64,000 bases of DNA, taken from assembly GCF_964204645.1 (NCBI RefSeq), contig NC_134033.1, positions 11,850,655-11,914,654 on the forward strand, read 5' to 3'. Source of the DNA: Tubulanus polymorphus (lineage: Eukaryota > Animalia > Nemertea). The position numbers and the translations under genes are program-made. The notes under the pieces were generated by a model. The model searched no databases, was not told where the DNA came from, and worked only from the letters and a program-made list of their open reading frames with translations. Positions 13,414 to 24,615 of the stretch are shown here, piece by piece; positions within the stretch are counted from its first letter, which is position 1; every line of letters starts with the position of its first letter.

Positions 13414-14511
13414 TTACTGAATGGCCGGGCGTGATGATATCCGGGTAGAGACATGTGATCCGGTCGACACGATGTCCAACGCACGATTTCTGAATGTTTT
13501 ATTAGTTAAGCAGTAAATGAGGAAATTAACCGACGAGTCGATAATCGATAAGGCGAGTCCGATTTTCCTCAAAAACATACTCCCATTTATCGGTATTTTC
13601 AATAACCCCAAAGCCCTAAATCGGTCCAGAAAACCAATCGCTTCACAGATAACATACACGACCACGACCGATAGGACCATTCGTAAAACTCTCAGTTCGC
13701 GCTTTGATGAATCGTTTGCGATGACGCCTAGTTTCGAGCGCTTGGTTATCTTTCGTATTACGAGAATCATAATGAGAGAACCGTTTATAACGAACAGACA
13801 ACACATCGGTATTAACACAGTCCCATAGGCGAATATATACCCATTTATTAAGTAACGCATCTTTTTCATTGCCTTTGTGAAAGAAAATCTACCTGACCGC
13901 CTTGTAACGTAAGGCCAACTTAAAGGACAACCTATGATCCTTGCCGACCCACTAGGAATGAAATGAACAAAATACACGATAGTTGTTAGAAGTGATATAG
14001 TGCCCGTAGCGCAAAGAGCGATCTTTTTTAGCGGCACTTTTCGAGATTTGATCGGAAATGATACGACGATTAACCGCTCTAGACTGAGCAGTACAGTGCT
14101 CCAATTTCGAGTCATCTGGAAGATATAGAACCACGGAACGGCCGCTGTGATTAGCACGAAATCGAAATTCCAATCATCGACACGGAACAAAATATCACCC
14201 AAAACGGCGTAGATGTACGCCGTACGGAGCGGATACAGAATAAACGTCGCTGTCATAAATAATAAATCGTTAACGGCCAAAACTTTCACCAGAAAATAAA
14301 CGTCATTTTTCAGTTTTCGTAAAACTAAAATCGTCAAAACGTTGAAGACTAAACCGAATACGGACGCCGGTAAATAAAGCCCTAGATACAATAATACACT
14401 GAATTTATAGTCCCATTTTATCGGGAGTGCTTGCATCGTATCACAACGACTGATTACAGAACCGGTGGTGGTACTAGTTGAAATACTGGTGGCATTCGAG
14501 TTGCCTAACAT
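13414..14511 (-). CDS. Intronless rhodopsin-class GPCR, FMRFamide/peptide-receptor-like (365 aa from first ATG; ORF open to GTG at 14559)
   Basis: Seven hydrophobic segments; N-terminal NAT sequon and Thr-rich tail, TM1 GLVFN, TM2 LAVNDL, TM3 SLERL, TM6 VVVVYVICE, TM7 SSVNFLIYC followed by NKTFR helix 8. Confidence 0.9.
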   Translation of the reverse strand: MLGNSNATSISTSTTTGSVISRCDTMQALPIKWDYKFSVLLYLGLYLPASVFGLVFNVLTILVLRKLKNDVYFLVKVLAVNDLLFMTATFILYPLRTAYIYAVLGDILFRVDDWNFDFVLITAAVPWFYIFQMTRNWSTVLLSLERLIVVSFPIKSRKVPLKKIALCATGTISLLTTIVYFVHFIPSGSARIIGCPLSWPYVTRRSGRFSFTKAMKKMRYLINGYIFAYGTVLIPMCCLFVINGSLIMILVIRKITKRSKLGVIANDSSKRELRVLRMVLSVVVVYVICEAIGFLDRFRALGLLKIPINGSMFLRKIGLALSIIDSSVNFLIYCLTNKTFRNRALDIVSTGSHVSTRISSRPAIQ

Positions 14512-14898
14512 TGTCCTCAAAATTGAAAATGAAATACACGCAAGAACTGTAGTGCGCACCGTATTGTCCTCGTTGTTGCAGGCGCTCAGACGACATTACA
14601 AAGCATGCTTTGCAAAAAGCTGAGAGTTTATAAAACTCGATCAATGGGACACATTGGATGTGACTGCGATGTGAAAGTGAACTAACAATATGTATGTATA
14701 TATTAAACTTGTCAGTATAATAACAAACACACAATGACCAGATTCACAATTTAGTTTCGTGTTTCATAACCTAATCCGCATCTGCATAACACCGTAATAC
14801 GCCTCGGCGCAGGTGCTTTCGTATTGGGTTTTTGTATTTATACATCTAATTTTGAAAACATATATCGTATGTAGCCTACTTCTGTATCTTATAGACCT

Positions 14899-15125
14899 TC
14901 AAAACTTCGAAAGCAACGAAATGTCAGATAGCCGGTTCACTGGATTCCCTGCCAACTGGAAGATGATAGCTGTAAGAATCCGCTTGCCTCGGATCTCGCA
15001 GGTCCAATAGATTCCGAGGTACCCGAATTCAGTGTAAGCCGGAGTAGGGCAAATGGAGCAAGGATGGGATATTGAACGGGCGGTGGTGGTACTGGTCAAA
15101 TGCGATAATGAAATACACGCAAGTT
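14899..15125 (-). pseudogene. Truncated tandem duplicate of the GPCR N-terminus/TM1
   Basis: LACISLSHLTSTTT..C..YLGIY..ILTAIIF..NPV aligns with GPCR LACISFS..TSTTT..C..YLGLY..VLTILVL..NDV; shared nucleotide blocks CGGTGGTGGTACT and AATGAAATACACGCAAG; no ATG, early stop. Confidence 0.6.
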
Positions 15126-15284
15126 ACTCATAATACGCAACTCGCTCAATCAAAATGTTGCATGTGTGCGATGATAAATTGAACTTATAGCAGATAAAAG
15201 AATCAGTATCGTCTTTCCATTCAGTATCATATACTACCATGTTATACTGACAAGACAATATATTAAATCAATGAGACCAGTTTT

Positions 15285-15801
15285 TCTATTTCAGATAGTA
15301 GATTTGTATTGATCTGTCTACTGGTAACGAAAGGGCCACTTGATAACATTCCACCATCGGATCACCAGCGTCAGTCCTTATACTTTTAACTCGGACTGTA
15401 GTTTCTTAAATTTTTACCGTCGGTTTTTGTTGCGATCAGTAGGGAATTGGTTTCGGTCTTTTTGAATTCAACGTATCTGTTTAGAGCTCGTCCTTTGTCA
15501 TTTTCTGTAGCCAAGACTTCGCAGCCAAGGCATTTCTCACGGCTTCGTACTTTCTTATAGCCTTGTTAGAATTCATGGCTTTTCAAGCGAATGACCTGAA
15601 GTCTGCGTCAATGATTACTACTGTCAGCCCAATCCTCTGATAATCTATTCATGGCTGATCCTCCAGACGGTTCTTGATATAGTAAGAATAATCATATTCT
15701 TCTTTCTATTTTCTATTTTCCAAACATCGCCTTTGATGTTCTTGAATTCGTGGTCTAGCTCTTGCGTCAGTGCTTCAACAATTTCATCGGGAGCGATGAT
15801 T
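15285..15801 (-). pseudogene. Decayed coding-like exon downstream of the small secreted-peptide gene
   Basis: Reads IIAPDEIVEALTQELDHEFKNIKGDVWKI, then after a frameshift near a 7-bp duplication EEYDYSYYIKNRLEDQP*IDYQRIGLTVVIIDADFRSFA*KAMNSNKAIRKYEAVRNALAAKSWLQKMTKDEL*...; several stops; pyrimidine tract ends in AA rather than AG. Confidence 0.45.
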
Positions 15802-15924
15802 TTGAAAAGAAATGAACAGTGTACGTGTAAATTTCGAAAACGAAAGAGAAACTCGGAATTTTATGATCAATCTATCAAGTAATAAACTGAATTGTGCAGA
15901 TATATTCGAGTTATTAGGGAATAT

Positions 15925-16316
15925 CTATCCGCTAGATGGACTAGTACTTCCACATGAGTTTCCATGGGCTTCATAGTAGGCCTGCTTGCATGGTATCTGT
16001 TGTTGTCGTTTCTCCTTGTCTTCTGCGTCGACTATCGCCCAGACAGACACCAAAACAGCCGTAAGCTGTAGCACGATTTTGAAAAACTGATCTGAAAAAA
16101 AATAAATACAAATTCATACATATCATTTAATCCATTACAAAAATAGATACTTTATAAGAAAAGTAACTTATTGTGAAGCCTTTAAACATCACTTAGTGTG
16201 CAAAAATAGATTACTCTTTAGTGATCACATTGATAGGTGTAAAAGCTACGCGAAGATGGTTGTTTCAATTTTGAGATAATCGTTAATTTAACCATGAAAA
16301 TCTACTTACTGATCAT
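15925..16316 (-). CDS. Small secreted peptide-precursor-like protein (57 aa)
   Basis: Coding exons 16310-16316 (ATG ATC A|GTAAGT) and 15925-16091 (TTTTTTCAG|AT CAG..) give MINQFFKIVLQLTAVLVSVWAIVDA-EDKEKR-QQQIPCKQAYYEAHGNSCGSTSPSSG*. UTR exon structure upstream: acceptor at 16377-16379, donor GTAAGT at 16501-16506, TATA-like TATATGAA near 16560. Confidence 0.62.
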
Positions 16317-16565
16317 TTTCGCGGGCAACAACAACAGACGAATTTATTGAAGATATTTGAATATAACGTTGAGCGCCTGAAAACAAAATACCAGATATTC
16401 AGCATTGTCAGATATAAATTATACAGAACTAATCAACATAAATGCAGCTATTCTAAACTGATATCATCACCTGCCGCGCCTATCACAGTATGCTAGTTTT
16501 ACTTACGACTTTGCCTTCCCGTTAGAGAACGGTTACTGTATTCAATAATCGAACCTTCATATAGG

Positions 16566-16768
16566 AAAATCGCTCACTTCAGATATCCGATACGCAATTC
16601 ACTTTTCTATTCAATTCTCTCTCAACTTGTCGGGGATAAATTTCAGTAATTGAATCCAAAGTGTAAAATCGCTCACGAATTTTACACTTCAGATATTTCG
16701 TATACTATTTACTTTTTGTATTCAATTCTCTCTCAACTTGTCGGGTGTAAATTTCAGTAATTGAATCC
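16566..16768. repeat. Two-copy ~100-bp tandem duplication upstream of the peptide gene
   Basis: AAAATCGCTCAC..TTCAGATAT..TATTCAATTCTCTCTCAACTTGTCGGG..TAAATTTCAGTAATTGAATCC occurs twice. Confidence 0.8.
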
Positions 16769-16893
16769 TGAGTGGCAACACATGAGATAACGAAACTGTA
16801 TAATACTAATGATATAATATATTACATGTACTTAAAATTCTGGACGCAGTGTTATCTGCTTAACTAATGAACGTATTCGACTTAAACTGTCAA

Positions 16894-16944
16894 TGGATCC
16901 TGTTCCACAATTGAGTTGCTTACTCAATTGTGGAACTGGATCCA
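16894..16944. repeat. Short near-perfect hairpin (23-bp arms)
   Basis: TGGATCCTGTTCCACAATTGAGT-TGCTT-ACTCAATTGTGGAACTGGATCCA, 22/23 complementary. Confidence 0.8.
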
Positions 16945-17375
16945 GAATCAAATTTAAAAAAAGAACTGTGGAACTAGATTCAGCCCTCACGAATTAGAAT
17001 TTGATCTAGAGACAAATCTAACTCATAATCATGATCAGCGGCTCAATGCTCATATCATCGATTACCATTCTCGTAAGATTATTGAAATTTTATACATATC
17101 GATATTTATGTATAGTTATGTGTGAAAGTGGATTCAATTTCCACTCAGTTGGTATGGATGAATTTGATGAAAATTGAAAATCTATTGTAACATAGATCAA
17201 ATTACTTAACTATGTGCTGTCTGTTTGAAAACCACGTTGATCAAAGTATATGGAGCACGAGGGTTTATATTTCACAAGGTCGAACACAAAGTCGATTGAA
17301 AATCCTTCATAACTGCAGCAAAAAACGGCTTTCGACCAAATGAATTAAACATATTAAACACATTGAGTAAAAGCT

Positions 17376-17492
17376 TGTCAGAAGTGGGATTCGAACCCAC
17401 GCCCACATTCGTGGACCAGAACACTCTAGCCTGTAAGTCAGGCAAGGCTTGAACCTTGAGTCTGGCGCCTTAGACCGCTCGGCCATTCTGAC
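17376..17492 (-). tRNA. tRNA-Leu(CAA) with 33-nt intron, second copy
   Basis: Reverse complement of 12953-13069 with 4 substitutions (3 in intron, 1 in variable arm); T4 terminator at 17369-17372. Confidence 0.97.
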
Positions 17493-17511
17493 CGCTTATG
17501 TATCACTTTGA

Positions 17512-18978
17512 GCAAACCAATTTGGTTTTCGGTCTAAACATTCTACAGCTATGGCTTTAAATAAGGTTATTGATGATTTATCAAATAATCTCGAAAATAA
17601 AAAGATAACCCTTGGTCTATTCTTGGATTTGTCAAAAGCTTTTGACACTGTCAATCATAATATTCTTATCGGTAAATTATATCATTATGGTGTTCGAGGC
17701 GTAGCCCTCAGCTGGTTTAAAAATTATCTAACTAATCGGCGCCAAATTGTTAGTATAAACAATACCTTTTCAAATCCCTTGAATATCTCTATAGGCGTTC
17801 CTCAGGGTTCGATTTTAGGACCCCTTCTTTTTATTTTATACATTAATGACTGTGTTAACGCTTCGAAGTTATTACACATTACACTTTTTGCCGATGACAC
17901 GAACTGTTTTTTAAGCGACACCAACATAAATAGTCTATTTCTCAAAGTCAATCATGAACTGAACAAGCTATCAAAATGGTTTCAAATCAATAAGCTCTCC
18001 CTAAACTTGAAAAAAGTCATTACATGGTTTTTGGTAGTATCAATCCTTTAAATCTGTCTATAAAATTAAATAATGTATCCCTTCATCAAGTTCATAGTAC
18101 TACTTTTTTAGGACTTCATATAGACGAAAAATTAAAGTGGGATGTCCACATAAAACATGTTTCAAACAAAGTTGCCAGAAGTCTTGGAATTTTAAATCGA
18201 TTGAAAAAGATATTTCCCTCAAAATTGTTGTCTTCACTTTACTATAGCCTTGTTTATCCATACCTTCAATATTGTAATCTCATTTGGGCTAGCAATTATG
18301 ATACTATCCTTAAGCCGTTGATCATATTGCAAAAGCGCGCCATTAGAATTATCAACAAGTCCCCCTATCTTGAACATACCGAGCTTATCTTTAAAAAACT
18401 CAAAATTCTTAAATTCAGGGATATTACCAAATTTCAGTTATCCTTATTCATGCATAACTACATCAACTCAGAGTTACCTAGTTCTTTTAATTCCTATTTT
18501 CAAAAAGGTACAAATTTCCACAGTTATGCCACTCGAAATAATAACTCATTTCGCATCGATAGATTTAAAACCAATAAAGTGAAATTCTCTGTTAAAGTAT
18601 CTTGTCCTACAGTTTGGAATAATCTACCTGAATATTTGAAACATATTACCAGTACCCAATCATTCAAGGTCAAATTGAAACATTATCTAATCAATCAATA
18701 ACTCAGTGTCTGTAATATTTATCGTTTTTCATCATTATGGTTTCTGTCATCTATCACTTTATTATGTGTGCGTGCGTGCGTGCGTGGGTGCGTGTGTGAG
18801 TGTGGTTCTTTGCGTGCTGGGGGACTTGTACGTTTGACATAAGTCTTAACTGGCTTCTTCAAGTCTCCCCTACATAATATTAAAATATTTCATTCAACTT
18901 CATTTTTATAATGTATAATGATATATTGTAATATTTAGTGGAAATAAATATATTATTATATTATTATTATATTATTAT
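17512..18978 (+). mobile_element. 5'-truncated non-LTR retrotransposon (CR1/L2 group, Crack/Daphne-like): RT C-terminal half, 3' UTR, (ATT)n tail
   Basis: NQFGFRSKHST..FLDLSKAFDTVNH..GVPQGSILGPLLFILYIND..LFADDT..LSLN; one frameshift in an A6 run (18010-18015); FLGLHID..W..H..HSYATR..WNNLP, stop at 18701; 3' stem GGGGGACTTG..CAAGTCTCCCC (18819-18870); AATAAA then ATT-repeat tail. Confidence 0.93.
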
Positions 18979-21182
18979 GTTGATCGTCCACAAAATCTGA
19001 ACCATTCATATTTGACCTTTATACCAACCGCTATCACTAACAATATCAGCCTACTGGTTCCAGTTCACTCACCATCGATGAAATGGGTTGGAACCTGGGA
19101 CATCGATCCGACTAACCGTAGATTCACAATTTGGACCACCAATCAGCAAAACACTGGGTTCAAGCCTATGACATCCGTGATCTATTCTCTAATCAGCATC
19201 TAGATCATTAAGTGGAATTACCATCAGTTATAGGTTCAAGCCTGGGTTGTATAATAATTAATCCTCTTCACCCGGAATCGAGTAATTGGGTTCGAACTTA
19301 TGACACGTCCCATATCCATCACTTCTTCATCACCGGAACTCGAACCTAGGACAATTTCGTTGGTTTAGGAGGAGTTGCTATTTTGTTTTGAAAAAGGACA
19401 TTCTCATGTAAAATATAGGAAACCACCAGCTCATTGTATCCTATTGTTAAGTACACCCGACAATCTCGCAAATCTTGGAAGTGACGTTGCTGGGATGAGT
19501 CCCGAAATAAACCCGTTTCGAGGTATTCTGTCATTCAGAATCACATCGAATATCAGTCATCAATGAAACATGTTTGTTTGCTAGGAGACTTTTCATCGCT
19601 CGAATCAGTAACCAACACAAAACAATAAATTCATGAAACATGTCAAAACATTTCTTAGGCATCCAGACCTGCAACTAAAAATTGTTCGAATCTAGTTTTA
19701 CTTATTTTCTATGCCGCTGAAATATCATATATTTTAACATATGGAATAATCAATATTACTCCTACAATGGATGGTGGCAATACAGAACGGACGGTGATAG
19801 TGCATGGGTCTTCGTTTTAGTTGGGCATAGTTTTATAGTGTTTTGAAATTCTGGCCAAACCTTCATGCTTACCACTCATAATTTGAAAAAAATTTTATTC
19901 TTTAATTTTGATACTGGATTAAACGGTACATCATCATGTAAATTTAGGAAAGTCCATATTAAGAATTTCGTTTCTTGTTTTAGAACATCGTTTTAGATTG
20001 CTTTCGTTTTTGTAAATATTTCCAGAAATTTCATATCGAAATTCATTGTTATTTATATACATAAACAGACCCGGCAGCTGTAGAAATGAACCGGATTACA
20101 AATATTATTGCGGTTTACAAAACGACTCGGCCGATTAAGAGAAACAAGGTGTCATTTTAAGCCTCAAATCGTTATCTAAAAAAAAAAAAACGAAACAATA
20201 ACAAATCTATATCAGCAAATTTAAAAGATATTTTATTACAATCCATTTTTACAAATTAAAATTCCCCGGGTGTATTTTGATACAGTATAATATATTATTA
20301 TCATTATTTTTATCGATATATAATATAATAATTATCAATATAACTTATATGTACCGTATTTATTACGAGAGCGATATTGACTGAAAAATAACAAGTGATG
20401 ATCATGATCAATTTATTTGTAAATTTAAAGCGTAATATCATCAACTTTTTAGAAAAGAAAAAAAAACAATTCTTCAATTTAATATATATACATATAGTAG
20501 TAGTAGTATTAATAGTGAAATATCAGACCACAGAATTGTCAATAACACAACAATTTGATCTTCTCCAAGAATTCCATCACATGCACACAATACTAACTGT
20601 TAAACTCCATTAATTTGTTAGTCACCACGAATTAAAAAGCCGTAATATTCTCAGTAAAGATAAATGAAGCCAGTGTTTCATGGACACCAGGTTTGACCAT
20701 TTCAGTAAAAAACTGGTCTACACGCGTACATTATTAACGCTCAGATCATGAGTGTATTACTAAATTTTGAAATTTGTACATCAAATATTACTTTCTGAAA
20801 AAAAGTTTCCCGTTACCACAGTTTCGACGAGTAGCTTATGCCAAGTGCTCACAGTCCGAAATAAATGCGAAAAAGAAACATTTTTTCCGACTGTAACATT
20901 TTTCCAAAAGTACTTTTCTCATTGTTTTCTTGCTGTTTGGGCTAGGTTTTACGCGAAATATGGAGTGGAAAAACTGGAGAGGGGAGGACTAGGAGTATTC
21001 TGGCATACTTTCTTAAAGACAGTACACATGGTTGTTCATTGCAGGGACTATTACCACAGTCTGAAGCTGAGCTTCTCAGAATTCTTTCGCTTATTTACAA
21101 TTACGGTAATGATACATTTCATCAGCACTTTTTTTTACACATACCGACGCACTCACTTTTATCGGTACTTCTATCTCATCTC

Positions 21183-21216
<34 letters not shown>
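21183..21216. repeat. (AAT)n microsatellite
   Basis: Direct reading. Confidence 0.9.
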
Positions 21217-21218
<2 letters not shown>

Positions 21219-22433
21219 TTCATAATAATAATGATATCAATAAGATATATATTAAGATATTAATAATTATGATAAGATAATTATTAATTAAGAAAACCCC
21301 ATCATCAGTTTTCGGAGAAATAGTTAGCGAAAATATGTTTCCTGAAATAATGTCATAATACTTTTTCCTTAGTCAAGTCAAACACAGAATTCAATAGTCA
21401 TGCCATTACTCTATACTAACCAAAATTAATTCATGAACCTTTCGTCCATAAATTTGTCATTTTACTAGCTTTTTTGTAAAACAGGGCCTTCAACAGGATT
21501 ATTCAATGAAGTCTTATAGTCTGTTGGATTTGTAGGATTATGCATACTTGGTCTTCAAAGATAGCAGCTGGTTTCGTAATGATTGTTATAGTCTTATTTT
21601 CTATTATTACAACATACATTATTACATAAGGCCTAATGTTCAGACTGAATTTTTCTGCTTGAAGCTTGTCTACAGCAACTTTGATAAATGACACCCCTGC
21701 TGAAGGCCATTAAAAATCTGAATTCTCCGAACAAGTCAATAAGTTCACACCGAGGATGGGGCCTTTATGATTCAAGGTAAACTCTCTTTGTCTAAATGTC
21801 TAATTAGGAATGTTATTAACAGCCCAAATCATAAACATCTACAGTAGAAAAAACGTAAAAATACAAACAAAATGTCGTCGTTGTCACAGCATGGCAGCAA
21901 GTAGTTAGCTTAAAGAAAACATACCCTTTTTGATTACATTTGGTTTGGGGATATAAGTGATGGTTCATCATTCACAACTTTATCTCATAACTGTATGTGA
22001 CACGAACGATTCAGCCAATGATAGCTCGCCATTTAATGCATTCAGCTTAATTAGTAACTTCCAATCATGCACAATTGACAAGCTATTTTCAGCACTGAGG
22101 ACAATATTCATTAGACAAAAAATAGAATTTTTATAAATTTCGTAGGATAGGGTAACAATAGCTCAATGGCTTCAATACAGTCAACTTGCTTTAGTCACCA
22201 CCACTAAAGTCGTCTTACTACTTAAGTCTCTATCTTCTAATTCCAAAACAATTTACTCAGTTGATAGATTGTACAATGTAATGATGATAACCATATAGTA
22301 TTGTTAAACCTTCTCAAATTATTTCACAACAAATGAAACACATCATTATTTCAGTAAGTTCATATCACCATAGTCATTCCATAATCTATTAGGAATGAAA
22401 AAAGAATCCTTGCAGATAATGAAATATTCATTA

Positions 22434-22447
22434 ATAGTAATAATAAT

Positions 22448-22508
<61 letters not shown>
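22434..22508. repeat. (AAT)n microsatellite
   Basis: Direct reading. Confidence 0.9.
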
Positions 22509-24474
22509 TAAACAGTTTTTCAGACTTTTTACTATTGTATTTCTACACACTTAACTTTTTACTTATATTTTACGGTTTTTTTTAAATATAATGGAAGATT
22601 TGTTTCATATGGGATATAGGCTAACAAACAAACAAACAAACAAAAACAAGGATCGAATAAGAGATGAAGAGGACACTGTACAACAAGTTTCGAAAAAACG
22701 GGAAAGAGAGAACTGCTACGTTTACGAGTATCGCAAACACACAAACAGTTAAACCTCGCGATAACGGATTTCAATGGCTGCTTTCATAGAAACCTACTAA
22801 CTTTTTAAAAGTAGCAAAGTTTCATTTTTCAACCGATATCATAAACTCTGCCTTAATTGATCGGAAGCATCGGAAACTATAGACATTTCATCGGGTATCA
22901 TGGACATAGAAGGCAATGAATCTTCACCGAGTCATTTACCAAGCTCACCTCCATTATTCAATGATAAATTTTGCCGAAAATTGTCAGTCCACTGATGATA
23001 GGTATTCGTTATGATGAGGTTTAACTGTTGCTAGTTAAATAATAACCTAACCACTGTGTCCGGTGAATATCGCTTAATGATTTGTGGCAAAAATAACATC
23101 GCCATATCTTGGTGGATTAGTCTAAAGCCCCGACAATTCGGTTACAATATGTCTCGGTATAAAAACTACGCGTTAAGCTCGCACGCTGGCTGGCTGGCAC
23201 GCAGGCTGACCGGCTGGCATGCTGGCTGACCGGCTGGCTGGCAGACCGCTGGTTAATATAAACATTTTTGAATGAATAAACGACTAGATATTTAATCATT
23301 GTTTCGTCTCTTTACATTCAGATATGCTGTTATATCGTAATAGTTGAAACTTCGCTGAGAGTGTTCGCGTTATAATATCCAATACTCTTTGATTTGTGCA
23401 TCATACAGTACAATGTGGTACAACTCCGATCGTCGAGGACATCAATACGCTTTCTAACATTGATACCGACAAAATTTGTTTCGTATGATTATGTTTGTGT
23501 TTACGGATTGAAAAATGAGTCTGTTTTAATGTTATCAATGATGTGCCAATTTTTTGTAATCGTGTCATAATACAATTGTATATCCAATGCGTAGTCAAGT
23601 AATAACTGAGGTTGTAGTAGATATATATCAAACGAGTTGTTTGTGAATGTACCGAGAGCGAATGTTCGATGTATCAAATGAGTTTTTTTCTCGACGTATC
23701 GAATCACCCAGTGAATACAGGATAGCGCGTGAATCCATGAGTTTTAGTATCCGGATGATGATCGTGTCGAATGAGTTTACCGCCACAAGCACATCATTCC
23801 CATGAACTCGTTGAGTTTATCGGAGTTAACCATCATCGTAGCAACAGAGAGCTTGTAGCCTCACAGTTCTTCCTGCCGATCGACTTTTTTTACCGCGAAT
23901 CAGTTCATCCCCCAAACAATTCCTGAAATTCAAAAGGTATAAATATAATTGATGATTTATCTGTCAATCACCCTTTTAGTGGGGATACTTTCCCGACCCC
24001 TCAACACTACAAGTTAATTGAAAAATTCTAAAATTTTCACCTCAGTGCCGCGTATAATGGATGTAGTGTATATTGTGCCTTCCAAATGGTGCGGTGTATT
24101 GTCATTTCCTTTGATTTTACTATGTGCGACTGATGCCTTTCAATATTCTTATCATGATAAACATATGGATAAACGGCGCTGTATACGATAGGTCCATTAT
24201 ACCGTGGACTCTTTAGCGTTTTAGCGTCCATGATTATACGCCGCACTCTGTGGCAGAGGCAGTACATACATGGAGGCCATGGGTTCCTTATAACCCAAAT
24301 CAAAAATACATATAGATTATGTATTTTTGATTGAATGTATAGTAAAACCCATATACAACAAACATTAATGGTGAAGGGCAAAACGCTCGCTGTGGACAGC
24401 TGTTTTCACCATTGAGTTTTAACTTTTAACTGTAATAGTTAAATACAGTATATGAACGGTCCGTTATACACCAG

Positions 24475-24615
24475 GGGCCAGTTGCATAGTCGAGACTTTT
24501 TAAGTCCAAAAGTGGTCTTAAATCTTAAAACTGGTCTTAAGCTGTTAGATTAGCTATAGAACTAAGATAGTCATAGACTGGTCTTAAGTCTAAGCCATGA
24601 CTATAGAACCGGCCC
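24475..24615. mobile_element. Harbinger-type MITE, family B
   Basis: Termini GGGCCAGTTGCATAGTC / GACTATAGAACCGGCCC, CAG on both sides; internal TGGTCTTAA repeats; relatives at 51460-51701 and 60343-60475. Confidence 0.75.

Noticed and set aside
18010-18015. Programmed frameshift between the two LINE ORFs
   Set aside because: A single missing A in a homopolymer restores LSLNLKKSHYMVF; simple mutation or assembly error.
19346-20046. Coding-looking minus-strand fragments (MNFDMKFLEIF.., MTEYLETGLFRD..)
   Set aside because: Interrupted by stops, no consistent exon chain and no recognisable family.
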